A stretch of DNA of 63,514 bases, filler included, from Octopus bimaculoides (lineage: Eukaryota): NCBI RefSeq assembly GCF_001194135.2. It is 6 parts of 6 records of this genome, joined end to end, with 100 filler letters (N's around TTAATTAATTAA, not from the genome) between each part and the next. Parts side by side here need not be neighbours in the genome. Positions count along the whole stretch, not along the records: positions 16,347 to 42,139 come from NC_068982.1; 5 more parts are not named here. One strand, written 5' to 3'. The position numbers were made by a program, and so were the translations under genes. The notes under the pieces are model-generated. The model saw only the letters and a program-made list of their open reading frames with translations. It was not told the DNA's origin and did not search any database. Positions 23,796 to 36,780 of the stretch are shown one piece after another (position 1 is the first letter of the stretch; every line of letters begins with the position of its first letter).

Positions 23796-24108
23796 GAACA
23801 CAGAAACAAACAAGGAGAGAAACAAGGAGAGAAAAAAATGTGTAGTGGTCAGCGATCTAACGCGTGTGTGCGAGTGTATTTCAATTGCAATTCAGCTTGA
23901 TTGTATTACGAAAAGCAGCAACATCCTGATTTGTACTGTTGCTGCACATGCGCATTCGGAGACAAGGAAGAGATGCTGAGTAAGCAGTGACTGAAAATGA
24001 TAATTAGATATCATAATAGTATACTTTGGTCTCTTATCAGTAACTCCAGAATAGACCAGCAAGACATACAGAACACACACGTACATTGCATACATACATA
24101 CATACATG

Positions 24109-24146
<38 letters not shown>

Positions 24147-24511
24147 CAGACACACACAAACACACGCATTGGTGAGCAATACACGTGTGTGTCTTTGAGT
24201 GTGCATGCATATGTGTTTGTGTGTATCTGTGTGGTTGCCAATCCTTATGTTATATGTATTGATTTGCTATTTACTCTATATGTTGTATTCAGCCGAATTA
24301 AAATATCACCCATTGGCTTTTTTGTAACCGGAACACGGACTTGGTTCTGGCAGGTCTTTATTTCTCCGAAGTTTACAGCAATCAATGATTACACAACTAT
24401 CACTTTCTCTTCTAACCTTCCCAAACTTCTCTTTCGTTTCGCCACATCATATATGTGAATCTGTCTGTGTGTCTGTTTATCTGTCAGCCCCCCTCTCTCT
24501 CCCTCTCTCTT

Positions 24512-24545
<34 letters not shown>

Positions 24546-24764
24546 NNNNNNNNNNNNNNNNNNNNNNNNNNNNNNNNNNNNNNNNNNNNNNNNNNNNNNN
24601 NNNNNNNNNNNNNNNNNNNNNNNNNNNNNNNNNNNNNNNNNNNNNNNNNNNNNNNNNNNNNNNNNNNNNNNNNNNNNNNNNNNNNNNNNNNNNNNNNNNN
24701 NNNNNNNNNNNNNNNNNNNNNNNNNNNNNNNNNNNNNNNNNNNNNNNNNNNTATATATATATAG

Positions 24765-25045
24765 GCGCAGGAGTGGCTGTGTGTAAAGTTGCTTGCTTAC
24801 CAACCACGTGGTTCCGGATTCGGTCCCACTGCATGGCACCTTGGGTGAGTGGATTTGGTAGACGGAAACTGAAAGAAGCATGTCGTATATATATGTGTGT
24901 GTGTGTGTGTAAAAGGTTTCTTCAAGTTTACGTCTGCTAAATCCACTAATGGGGCTTTTGTCGGTTCTGAGCTACAGCAGAAGATACTTGCCAAAGGCTC
25001 CACGCAGGGGGACTGAACCCAGTACCTTGTGTTTGGGAAGCACAC
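24765..25045. mobile_element. Two OR2-like SINE heads in opposite orientation (~24765-24890 on +, ~24905-25045 on -)
   Basis: GGCGCAGGAGTGGCTGTGTG...GTTCCGGATTCGGTCCCACTGC on +, then GGGACTGAACCC...TTTGGGAAGC, which is a reverse-complement head. Confidence 0.65.
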
Positions 25046-25229
25046 TTCTTTATTTCAAAATTTTGCCATAAAGGCATAACATTGAGGGGACACTACAAAA
25101 CATGTAGGGACATATAACAATTAAGAATATATTAAAATAAAATATGATACTATGAATGACACATGAAAATGAACATGAAAAAAATAAAATCAAAATATTA
25201 AAGTTATGATAACATGAATGATATCGTGA

Positions 25230-26400
25230 AAATGAGAATATGATAAGTGTGTTACTCACCCACACTGAGTAACACCACTCGCCACCTCTGAGTCCTAATT
25301 CCTCTTTAGTCTCTAGTCTAGTCCCTCTTTTTCCCATCACTGAGTGACAACACTCTCTCCTCCATATATACGTAACGTTTTTCACCGGGGGAGGGTCTAG
25401 TAAATTTTGCGGTGTCTGTTCTTTCTTCTTTTTTCTTGTGGGGAGAGGAGTGGGTGGGTCTGAGTTGTCTTGGCTGGGATGGAGTTAGTCTGGGGTCCCA
25501 CATCACACTGACTGTACTTCCTCTTCTTTCTCTTTTTCCATTCATTCTCTGTCACTGTCCATTCATCCTCCTTGTTTCTTCCATCTATCTGTACTTCTTC
25601 CTTTTTCTTCTCCGTCTCCAGCACCGCTTCTTCTGTTGTTTCCCTCTGTAGAGGGCAGTGAGCTCTAATGTGACCTTTCTGGCCACATTTAAAGCCTCGC
25701 GGAACTCTGCCCTCTACCCATACTCCCAACACTATTCTCCCAACGTCACCATCTCCGCCAAATTTTCCAGCTGCTTTGCCTCCACTTGTGTGATGATTTC
25801 CAATGTTTTTCCTTTATATCCTCCTTCCTTCGTATTCGTGACTTGGAGGACAGCCACCTCTTCCTCACTACTAACGAGGACGGCTGCCGCAACCCAAGAC
25901 ACTTCTATATCGGGTGGGATTCCTTCTACCTTTACGTTAGAAGTCTTTCTTCCAAGGTACGTGGGTAGAAGTACCACTTCTACCGTTCTCACCGTTGTAC
26001 TCGCCAGCCTCTTTGCCTCCTCCGCTGTCCTAAACTGGACAACCACCGTCCCATATCCATTTCCTTTCGCTATATATGTCACTTCCTTCGAAAGCCCCTT
26101 CAATACTTTTTCTACTTTTTCCATCTCCATCCGCTCCACCTTCCTACTCTCCACTGAGTACACCTTGTAGGTAATGGTCTTCTTTTCCATATTTTCCATA
26201 ACCCTTTTCGGGGGAAATAACTTTACATCACTACCCACCTTCTGTGTCATCTTACACAGCTCCTTCAGTCCGGCTAGGTCCACTTACCTTTTCTTCACCT
26301 CTGCAGCCTCAGCAAAACTCTTTACTCTTTCCAAATGCTCGTCCATTAATGCGCATTTCTGACAGGAAAAATACGGAAAAGTTGTGCCTTTCTCTAATAG
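25230..26400 (-). pseudogene. Gag-like L1/Tx1-type ORF1 (RRM-like region + CCHC zinc knuckle), frameshifted, no ORF2
   Basis: ORF 25732-26283 (...LLPTYLGRKTSNVKVEGIPPDI...) joins by a frameshift to ORF 25397-25732 (PRGFKCGQKGHIRAHCP, i.e. CX2CX4HX4C with the first C mutated; WTV..KKRKKRK basic tail). An upstream ATG lies near 26346. Confidence 0.75.
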
Positions 26401-26449
26401 CCTAAAAATGAACGGCTTCACAGTACGATCTCTGTAGTCCGGTGACAAT

Positions 26450-27162
26450 TATAGGTACCTCGGACAAGATGAGGATGTCAAATACGATGGACCCTTAAAT
26501 AAGATCAGAAATGAATGCCTCGGGAGAGTAAAGAGATTATATGCACCACGCACGTACATTTATCCAAACACTCTTGCGGGCACAAGTGCATTTTGCGAAA
26601 TTAACTTGAAATACATTACTTTGCAGCAAATTTAAGATTTCATTAAAAATGCCAAGCTATTCTTCTAAACATAATATCATTGATGAAAAATATTTTTGCG
26701 GAGGAGATACAATTCTCGCTAAAAACGTTTGTAACGAATGAGAAAGTGAGGGGGAGAGAGAGGGGTGTAGGGGAGGAGACAGAGTGACAAGGAGAGCGAA
26801 ATAGTAGGAGATAGAAAGAAGAAAACATGAAGGAAAGAAAGCAGGATAAAAATTTTGAAAAGATTAAAAAAAAAAGTCAAAAGGAAAGAATTATGAACGA
26901 AAGTAATAATCTTGGTAACCAGTTGATTGACGTTATGAAATTCTTCAGCATTTCAATGTCTAAAGAAATATTGGACAAAATATAACAAAAATAAAAAAAG
27001 AGATTGATTAAACGAATTGAAAAAGTGGAAGACAGTTGTTATATAACCAGTACAATATTTCAAAGAAACTGCACCAATGGAAGAATTGGGAATAGTTAAA
27101 GAAATATAGAAGAGAGAACTGAAAATTAAAAAACAAGAAAAAACGTTTACATAAAGCATTCT

Positions 27163-27213
<51 letters not shown>

Positions 27214-27273
27214 ATAGTAGTAGCAGCAGGAGCAGCAGCAGCGGCGGCAGCGGCAGCAGTAGTAGTGGTGGTA

Positions 27274-27334
<61 letters not shown>

Positions 27335-28334
27335 TGGTGGTTTTGGCAATAGTAGTTTCATCCATTAGTAGTTATGTATCAATGATGACAGTACGTACCG
27401 TAGATAAGTTGTGGTTGTAATGGTGGGCGTAAGAGAAATAATACTCCTTTCCAAAAACAGGTCCAAGGCCTGAAATTTAGTGTGAGTGAGGAGACAGTCG
27501 TTTATATTGCGCCCCACCCTTCGAGTACTTTACTTGCCTGTACTTATTTTATCAATCCCGAAGGGAAGGAAAGCAATCTCAACCTCGGCGGGATTTGAAT
27601 TCAGGATGTAAAGACAGACGAAATACCGTAAGACATTTGATCCTACTACACAATGTATTGGGCAAAATTGCTTTACCATCATAGACTCAAGTTAACAAAC
27701 ACCTATTTACGGATGGATTTTGATAGATGGAAATTGTTGAAAAGCCTGTCGTTTGTATGTGTTTGTGCAACAAATTTCGGCTGTACAAGCCTAAAGCTAA
27801 AGACATCAACCAGCTTATTGCTAACTGTAATTGAATGCCTTCTAGATATCATCTTCTCATGTGATATGATGCATTTGAGAGAACAATCTGGAAGAGAACA
27901 AGAAAAAAGAAAATACCAACAGACAAAGTTGACCATATTGAGATTGATAGGTCAAAAGAATATTGGTGAAATCTATTAATTAAAACAGCTACAAATCAAA
28001 ACACACCTGGTCCGATATTGTTATATGGAACCACAAGAAAAAACATCTATACTCTTTTAGGGAAATCAGTAGCCCTCTGGACACTACTGTGGTCAGAAAA
28101 GTACAAGAGAAAGAATATGTCTATGACCTTTGATAAGGAGTTTGCAAATCCAGAACCCAAGATACACTTTTATTATTATTAAAGCAACAGGATATCATCA
28201 ACCCACATGGATCAAAATATGGCTGAACCTAGGTTTTTGAGGAGAGAATCCCACTCCTAAATTCATAGCTACAAATGATCCCGATATCTGGCACAATAAA
28301 ATTCTGCAAGACCTTTTTAAGATTTAAAGATTGA
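26450..28334 (+). mobile_element. Fragmented R4/Dong-like non-LTR retrotransposon (RT thumb + restriction-like endonuclease), interrupted by microsatellite and SINEs
   Basis: YRYLGQDEDVKYDGPLNK at 26450. DIVIWNHKK..REISSPLD..VRKVQEKEYVY from 28014 is a PD-(D/E)xK-like RLE. The C-terminus ISGTIKFCKTFLRFKD* ends at 28334. Confidence 0.65.
27164..27345. repeat. Compound trinucleotide microsatellite (GTA)n-(GCA)n-(GCG)n-(GTA)n
   Basis: Read directly from the sequence. Confidence 0.95.
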
Positions 28335-28991
28335 TGAACAAAACAAGATGCTTTCTTTCACAACCTTGCTACCAAGCAGGTGGTAAGTCAAAATTAGCTC
28401 CGAGTTAAACAGTGAAAAAGAAAACATTATACATGGGCGCACGCGAATCTTTCGGTACTTTGCCTGTTGTTATAGACTTTCAGATTGAAAATCTCTTGAC
28501 CGTTACATATTTTCAAAGACGGTATCGTATGAGATGAGGGAAATTTAGCTGCTATTTCTAGTAGATCGAGAACGTTTGCAGAAGCTCTTTTGTTTCGTCT
28601 TGAATTTACGACGTCGACGTCGTCGTCGTCGTTGTTGTTGGTTGACTCAAGGCTATTCATAATGAAGTTATTCATGATCAAAGACCTTCCAACCGTGATG
28701 ACAACGGTAGTGGTTTAGTAGAATCAGTAATATGTTGTAACAACATACCTTGTCACATTTAGTTACGTCCGTTCAACCTAGTCATATTTAGTTAGTCCAT
28801 TCACAAATACTGAGTTCGAATCCTGACGAGGTCAATTTTTCACTTTGTGAACGGAAAATTGGCAAAGTCAGATAAAATGCCTTGCTAATTATTGCCACAT
28901 CCCACCGAGGTCAGCTTTACCATCTGTCTCTTATATAAGTAACAATCCAATGCTTCTCTCTTTCTCTCTCATTTTCTTTCTCTCTCTCTCT

Positions 28992-29038
<47 letters not shown>

Positions 29039-29744
29039 GCTCTCACTTTCTTGCAGTCGGTCTTCCTCTCTCTTTCTCTTTCTCTCTTTAAAAGAAATCA
29101 ATTATGGTTATAACTGGTAGCGGATGGTCTCCACTAGAGGGATGACCAAGACACGCCATATATCACTGCGATGCCCCACGACTCCATCAGGAGTTGAATA
29201 CCGAAAGCAAAGCAAAGTAACAGTTCTGTAGAATCGTTAGAGCGTCGGACAAATACCTTAGGGTATTTCTTCTAGCTTTCTATGTTCTGAGTTCAAATCC
29301 CACCCAATCATCTTTTCGAGGGCGAGAAAATAATAAAACACCAGGTAAATATGGGACCGATGGTACCAAGTGAACCCAACCCCATCCCAAAATTATTGGC
29401 CTTGTGCCTAAACAAAGAACAATTGCTGAAGACTTTTATGCAAAACAAGAGGGAGGTATTTGCTTCTGTTTCTAGCAAGTCACTGGACTATGTACAGGCA
29501 ACCTCTTGTGTGTGTTAGCAAAATTCGAAATTTCGAAATTTGCTGTAATAATTATTCACGAGCGTATTCCTTCATCACAATTCCCTTGGTAATTCAAACA
29601 TGTCCACTCTAAAATGGTTGCACAACCAAGACTTGTTAAACAACCAAGCTTTGACCGTTACCTCTTACTTTCTTTAGTAGTGTATCCCGCATTGTATTAC
29701 ACTGTTGGGTCATATAAATATTGATAAAGTATTGGTTTGACATT

Positions 29745-29947
29745 TTGACACAAAGCTAGCAATTTCAAAGGAGAGGTAAGTCGATTACATCGACCTCAGG
29801 GTTCAGGTGGTACTTATTTTATCGATCTCGAAAGGCTGAAAGGCAAAGTCGACCTCGGTGGAATTTAAATTCAGAACTTATAGAGACGGACGAAAGGCCA
29901 CTAAACATTTTGTGCAGCGTGCTAACAATTCTGCAAGCTTGCCGCCT
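29745..29947 (-). mobile_element. Family-B tRNA SINE
   Basis: AAGTCGATTACATCGACC...GAAAGGCAAAGTCGACCTCGGTGGAATTT...GCCGCC. Confidence 0.75.
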
Positions 29948-30511
29948 TAAATATTATTAATAGAACATTAATATAATATTGATGAAATATTAAGACGGCA
30001 GAGCATTATTTGAGTTATAACTGGTCGTAGTAAATCGAATGACCACATAAAGATTCTCTCGTTGGTTATAAATTCTTCAAGTTATAAAAGGCAACACCGA
30101 GTTGCTTTAAATAAAGATCCAGTCAATGTTCTAGAGCAGCCGGCCATATTTCATAGATAACCACTATATCACAATAGTGGTACTTAATATGGATCATTTA
30201 AACAGCTGGTTGTCTTTTTTCAAATTTTTTTTCTTGTTTCTTTGATTTGTTTTTGTTAATCCGGTTGTTGCGCGGCAAAACTAGAAAGATGGCGTTACAA
30301 TTTCCGGAATGTAATAGGTTAGCTTGAATACTTTCATAAATGAAGCCAAAAAAGAACCAAAAGAAATATGAAGGTTTGGAAGTGGATTGGCGGATTGACA
30401 CACGCACGCATATTTTAATTTGTATGTGTGTGTGTGTGTGCGTGTGTGTATATGTATGCATATTTGTATGCATATATATTATTATTTATGTGTATANNNN
30501 NNNNNNNNNNN

Positions 30512-30551
<40 letters not shown>

Positions 30552-30650
30552 TGTATGCATTTATATATATGTATATACATGAATATACACATACATATAT
30601 GCATATGACTATGCATGTATATACTGGTACACACGCACGCACGCACACAC

Positions 30651-30697
<47 letters not shown>

Positions 30698-30715
30698 ATA
30701 TATATATTTATATAT

Positions 30716-30872
30716 TGGCGTGATTGTGTGGTAAGTAGCTTGTTTACCAACCACATGGTTCCGGGTTCAGTCCCACTGCGTGGCACCTTGGGCAACTGTC
30801 TTCAAGTACAGCCTCGGGTCGAGCAAAGCCTTGTGAGTGGATTTGGCAGAGGAAAACTGAAAGATGTCCGTC

Positions 30873-30906
<34 letters not shown>

Positions 30907-31143
30907 GTGTGTGTGTGTGTGTCTGTGTTTGTTTGTTTGTTTGTTTGTTTGTGTGTCTGTGTTTCTCCCCACTATCGCTTGACAACCGACGTTAGTGTGT
31001 TTACGTCCCCGTAACTTAGCAGTTCGTCAAAAGAGGCCGTCAGCAGCATAAGTACTAGGCTTGCAAAGAATAATTTCTGGTGTCAATTTTTTCGACTGAA
31101 GGCGGTGCTCCAGCATGGCTGCAGTCAAATGATTGAAAAGAAT
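30716..31143 (+). mobile_element. OR2/CORE-like SINE, full length with internal (TA)n(TG)n(TTTG)n tract
   Basis: tRNA-like head, CORE-like GGCACCTTGGGCAA, internal microsatellite, and a 3' half ending GAAAAGAATA. Confidence 0.85.
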
Positions 31144-31150
31144 ATATATA

Positions 31151-31214
<64 letters not shown>

Positions 31215-31347
31215 TTTACATACGTACATAGATTTTTCACGGGTCAATATATTCCTCCGTCTCTTTTTCTCCTTCTCTATTTTCCCTACCGCTTTCTGTC
31301 ATATTCCCTCACTTTCTCTTTCTCTCCTCACTCTCACTCGCTCTTTA

Positions 31348-31378
<31 letters not shown>

Positions 31379-31469
31379 GGCTCACTGTCTCTCTCCACTC
31401 TCCTCTCTCTCTTAAATACGTTTATTTCTAATAGCAAAGCCTGAAACTGAGATTGTGAAAGGAAAGAAA

Positions 31470-31494
31470 GAACGAAAGAAAGAAAGGCAGAAAC

Positions 31495-31531
<37 letters not shown>

Positions 31532-31535
31532 AAAA

Positions 31536-31571
<36 letters not shown>

Positions 31572-31640
31572 AAAGTCAATGGATGAACGAATGAACAAAT
31601 CTAGGAAAGAAGGAAGGTAGGAAGGAAGGAAAGAAGGTGA
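31470..31640. repeat. (AAAG)n purine tract
   Basis: Read directly from the sequence. Confidence 0.9.
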
Positions 31641-33491
31641 GAAAAGTGAAGCAGAAGAAAAAAATGATTGCTAGATCGGCCGATAGATAAAGGCCATATG
31701 AAAATGGTGTCTTAGCTGACTCGAATAGCAGTGAAAACACTAAATATTGAACTGCCAAACAGATGTCTGCAGTCACCCAACCAAGCCAATGGCCGACGTC
31801 ATATACGTGGGCGTATATATATAAGGATGCAAGTATGTGTGTCCTTGTATATATATATATATATATATATGGGAGAATGTATATATATTCGTGTGTGTGA
31901 GACAGGGTGAGGGAGAGAAAGAGAGAGACCGTGTATATTTAATGACACACGCTCACATAGCCATACACAAAGTGACACACAAACACACACACACACAGCT
32001 GTGTGTAGGTGTTAGTAGGTGTTATGTGTTTGTAAACATATGTGTGTGTGTGTACGTATATGTATATATGCATGTACATATCCGAATATATACATATCTA
32101 TGTGTATTACATTATATATGTAGAAGTTTATATATATATATATNNNNNNNNNNNNNNNNNNNNNNNNNNNNNNNNNNNNNNNNNNNNNNNNNNNNNNNNN
32201 NNNNNNNNNNNNNNNNNNNNNNNNNNNNNNNNNNNNNNNNNNNNNNNNNNNNNNNNNNNNNNNNNNNNNNNNNNNNNNNNNNNNNNNNNNNNNNNNNNNN
32301 NNNNNNNNNNNNNNNNNNNNNNNNNNNNNNNNNNNNNNNNNNNNNNNNNNNNNNNNNNNNNNNNNNNNNNNNNNNNNNNNNNNNNNNNNNNNNNNNNNNN
32401 NNNNNNNNNNNNNNNNNNNNNNNNNNNNNNNNNNNNNNNNNNNNNNNNNNNNNNNNNNNNNNNNNNNNNNNNNNNNNNNNNNNNNNNNNNNNNNNNNNNN
32501 NNNNNNNNNNNNNNNNNNNNNNNNNNNNNNNNNNNNNNNNNNNNNNNNNNNNNNNNNNNNNNNNNNNNNNNNNNNNNNNNNNNNNNNNNNNNNNNNNNNN
32601 NNNNNNNNNNNNNNNNNNNNNNNNNNNNNNNNNNNNNNNNNNNNNNNNNNNNNNNNNNNNNNNNNNNNNNNNNNNNNNNNNNNNNNNNNNNNNNNNNNNN
32701 NNNNNNNNNNNNNNNNNNNNNNNNNNNNNNNNNNNNNNNNNNNNNNNNNNNNNNNNNNNNNNNNNNNNNNNNNNNNNNNNNNNNNNNNNNNNNNNNNNNN
32801 NNNNNNNNNNNNNNNNNNNNNNNNNNNNNNNNNNNNNNNNNNNNNNNNNNNNNNNNNNNNNNNNNNNNNNNNNNNNNNNNNNNNNNNNNNNNNNNNNNNN
32901 NNNNNNNNNNNNNNNNNNNNNNNNNNNNNNNNNNNNNNNNNNNNNNNNNNNNNNNNNNNNNNNNNNNNNNCATACACAGACGCACATACACACACACACA
33001 CATATATATATACACAGAAATGTTAATACTGTGAGTATGCGTACATGTATGTGTGCATATATGTATGTATGTATATATGTATGTATTTGTATGTTGTGTA
33101 TACATGTATATATGTGTGTGTGTAATGTATGTAAGTAAACATCCAGCATCTTGTAAAAATATCAACGCTTATGTGTATCACACAGGTGGAGAAATGAAAG
33201 TGTGAAAGTAAGAAAGTCAGAATGGTCGGGATGTATACCTAGGTGTATGTGCACATATGAGTATGTATACATATGTGTGCGTGCGTTCGTGCATGTGTGT
33301 GTCTGTGAGAGTGCGCGCGCGCGTAAAAAGATGTGGGCTTGAGATATAATTAAAGAGGAAAACGAGAGCGACAGAAGAGGTGAAGCGAGGAAGGTGAGTC
33401 GTAGTTTTAGGAGCTCTATCGATAACACCTTTAACATCAAGGGAGAGTGAGAGCTGATAGCGGCACGGAAATCAATATCACAGATAAGTAT

Positions 33492-33537
<46 letters not shown>

Positions 33538-33997
33538 ACACATGCAGGCACACACACTCACACACATACGCATAAACACACGTTAGTACACACTCATGTA
33601 TGCATGTATTTATATATGTATGAATGTATGTATGTATGTATGTATGTATGTATGTATGTATACACTATGTATGTATGTATGTATGTATACACTATGTATG
33701 TATGTATGTATGTATGTATGTATGTATGTATATGCATACCTCTATGTATATGTTTGATATATGTATATAAGATGTGTAGTTGAATATGTGTAGATGTTAT
33801 GTACGTATATATATATACTCGTATGCGTTCTAAGATGTGAAGTGTCTCTGATAAATAATATATGCGCTTTATAAATAAGTAAATATATACGTGTGTATAT
33901 TTGTTGTGCGTATGCATGTACGTATATACATACGCATGTGTATGTGTGGACACACACACACATATAAATACATTCATGTACATCCATACACCCATAC

Positions 33998-34038
<41 letters not shown>

Positions 34039-34843
34039 NNNNNNNNNNNNNNNNNNNNNNNNNNNNNNNNNNNNNNNNNNNNNNNNNNNNNNNNNNNNNN
34101 NNNNNNATCTTATATATATATATATATTTACATGTGTATGCTTATGTACATAAACATATACATGTGCAAACATAGCTAGATGCACGTGTGTGTGTATGTG
34201 TGTGTGTCTGTGTGTGTGCATGAGTTTTCGAGCACACGCGTATGTATATATGTGTGTATGTACGTATGTGCGTGTATACATCTATGTACATTCTAAGGTC
34301 TATTTTTTTTTGTTTTATTCTCTACCTTTTTTTCGTCTCTCCCTCTCTCTATCTCTCGCACTCTTCTTCTGTGCCTTTCACTTTTTCCTTCTCCCTCACA
34401 TGCACACAACACTCATACACACCCACATACAATCACACGTAATCTCTTACTCCCTCTCTTACTTTCACTTTCCACCAGTTTCCCTACTTAATCTCTCCCT
34501 TATCCTCTACTAATCATATTCACTATTATTACAACACAGTGTTTTTTTTTCTTTACCTTTCTTATTGTTTGTGTTGTTTCTTTCTTCTATTCTTGTTTCT
34601 TTTTATTGAATATATATTTATTTTATGATCAGGATATACCTAGGTCAACTCTAACCGTGCAAACCTACGATCAAAGGCAATCTTACCGAGGTACTTCCCT
34701 CAGCTTAGAAGTATCGATGACTAAGAACCTAATGACTTTCCATTTTAAGAAGATGGTGTGTGATTTGGGGTGAACTTGGGTTCTGTTTATGCCAATTTCA
34801 ACGACTATATTGAAGCTCTTCACTCACCTGTCTGTGTGTGTGA

Positions 34844-34942
<99 letters not shown>

Positions 34943-35039
34943 CTTTTACGTACACTGGTGTATATTCAAACGGGAAAAAAAAAGTAATCTCACTTATACG
35001 TAGGTTGATACATAGAAGCCATTTGATAAATTTAAATTA

Positions 35040-35480
35040 ACGGTTTCAAAATTTGGCACAACACCAGCATTTTTTGAGGGTAGTGTGTAGTCGATTACAT
35101 CGATTCCAGTACTTGACTGGTACTTATTTTATCAATTCCGAAAGGACGAAAGGAAAGGTAGACCTCGGCGGAATTTGAACTCCGAACGAAAAGAGCCAGT
35201 CGAAATGACGCTAAACATAGTTTCTGTCAGTTGGACAATTCTAATAATGGTTTCAAAATTTGGTGTAGAGCCAGCAGTTCTTGAGAAAGAGAGAAAGAGA
35301 GAGAGAGAGATGGTCATTTACATCGATCCCAGTACTTGACTGGCACTCATTTGATCAACCCCGAAAGGAAGAAAGGCAAAGTCGACTTCAGCAGAATTTG
35401 AGCTCAGAACATAAAGACGGACGAAATACCGGTAAGTATTCTGTCCGGCCGGGTAATGGCTCTGACAGCTCGCTGCTTTA
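35040..35480 (-). mobile_element. Two tandem family-B SINEs
   Basis: Two successive TACATCGAT.CCAGTACTTGACTGG...GAAAGG.AAAGT.GAC.TC.GC.GAATTTGA units. Confidence 0.7.
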
Positions 35481-36112
35481 ATGTAAATTATTAATAAAAT
35501 GAATATTAGAGTAAGTACTGAGAGGACGATACGGTGTCCCTCTAAGGACGCAGTTTTAATGATTGAAATAAATAAACGAATAAATGTTTAACAGAATTTA
35601 TTTCTCTCCGGCATTGATAAATCTTGAACCAGTCATATTCGGGATTGATATAATAATGCCAGTCAAGTACTGGAATCGATGTAATAGACCTCGTCCTCCA
35701 CTCAAAAACTATTTGTAGCTGTGTAGTCCCAGAGCAGCTCTAAACAAACAATATCTATAACACACATCTGCATGCACGAACAACGATAGAGTAATATTTG
35801 AAGGAAATTTGACTGTTGGAGGATTTCTTAGGTGTTTTGTTCTTTGGTTCAGATGTTGTGCTAACATAAACTGGGGAAGTTGGAGCCATTTCAGTCGTTT
35901 AAACCCCTGCCTCCAAAATTTTTCATAATCCTACCAGGCATGGATGTGTGGTAAGAAGCTTCATTCCCAACCACATGATTCCGGGCTCAATCTCACTGTG
36001 TGGCACATTGAGCAAGTTTCTTCAACTATGTACCCTGGGCGACCAAATCCCCGTGAGCGGATTTCGTAGATGGAGGCTGAAGGAAGCCCGTCAGATATAT
36101 ATATATATAGAA

Positions 36113-36780
36113 AACGGAATCGAAAGAACAACAAAACTGGACATTACACAACTCAGAACACCAAAAAAGAAAAAACAAGGAAAACATCATCCCTTTCATT
36201 AACACACACAACCCTACAATCACCAACATGTTTCACATTATACACTCAAACATACCAATAATCCAACAAAGCCCCAAAATGGAAAACCTACTAAACAAAC
36301 ATTGCATAAAAAACAGTAAACGCCAAGAGAAAAACTTAAAAAAACACCTTACAAGAGCGAAATTCTCAGCAGAGAATAAAACCGTGTGGAGATGGTAGAT
36401 GTGGAACTTGCAGCAACCCCATCTACAAATATATAGAGGGGAACAAACAGATAAAATTTAAGAGTGGTCACACATTCAATGTAAATGCAGACATGAACTG
36501 CAAGACGCAGAATGTAATATACTGCATAACCTGCCCCACATGCAAGGAAAATTATATAGGTGAAACTGGAAATTCCTTATGTCAACGAGCCAGAATTCAC
36601 CGACAACATGTCCGACAGGAGGATCTACGGAAAATTTCACTGAGTGAACACCTAGGAACATGTGGGGAAAGAAAATTTAAGATCTTTCCCTTCTATAAAT
36701 GCTCAAGAAACGATACCTCCTTCAGGAAAAATATGGAGAAATACTTCATAGCAAAATCCTCACCAAAACTGAATAGCTGA
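36113..36780 (+). mobile_element. Penelope-like element (Penelope/Poseidon type), 3' part with GIY-YIG endonuclease
   Basis: Broken frames give IPFINTHNP, NSKRQEKNLKKHLTRAK and KPCGDGRCGTC. ORF 36493-36780 reads NCKTQNVIYCITCPTCKENYIGETG..QRARIHRQH...EKYFI..SSPKLN. Confidence 0.85.

Noticed and set aside
31680-31810. Promoter (CCAAT box + CRE-like GACGTCA)
   Set aside because: Short motifs are expected by chance, and no downstream transcript or gene is evident.
31837-33165. Long ORFs (300-430 aa) here and at other gaps
   Set aside because: They consist of N runs plus (TA)n/(TG)n microsatellite translations.
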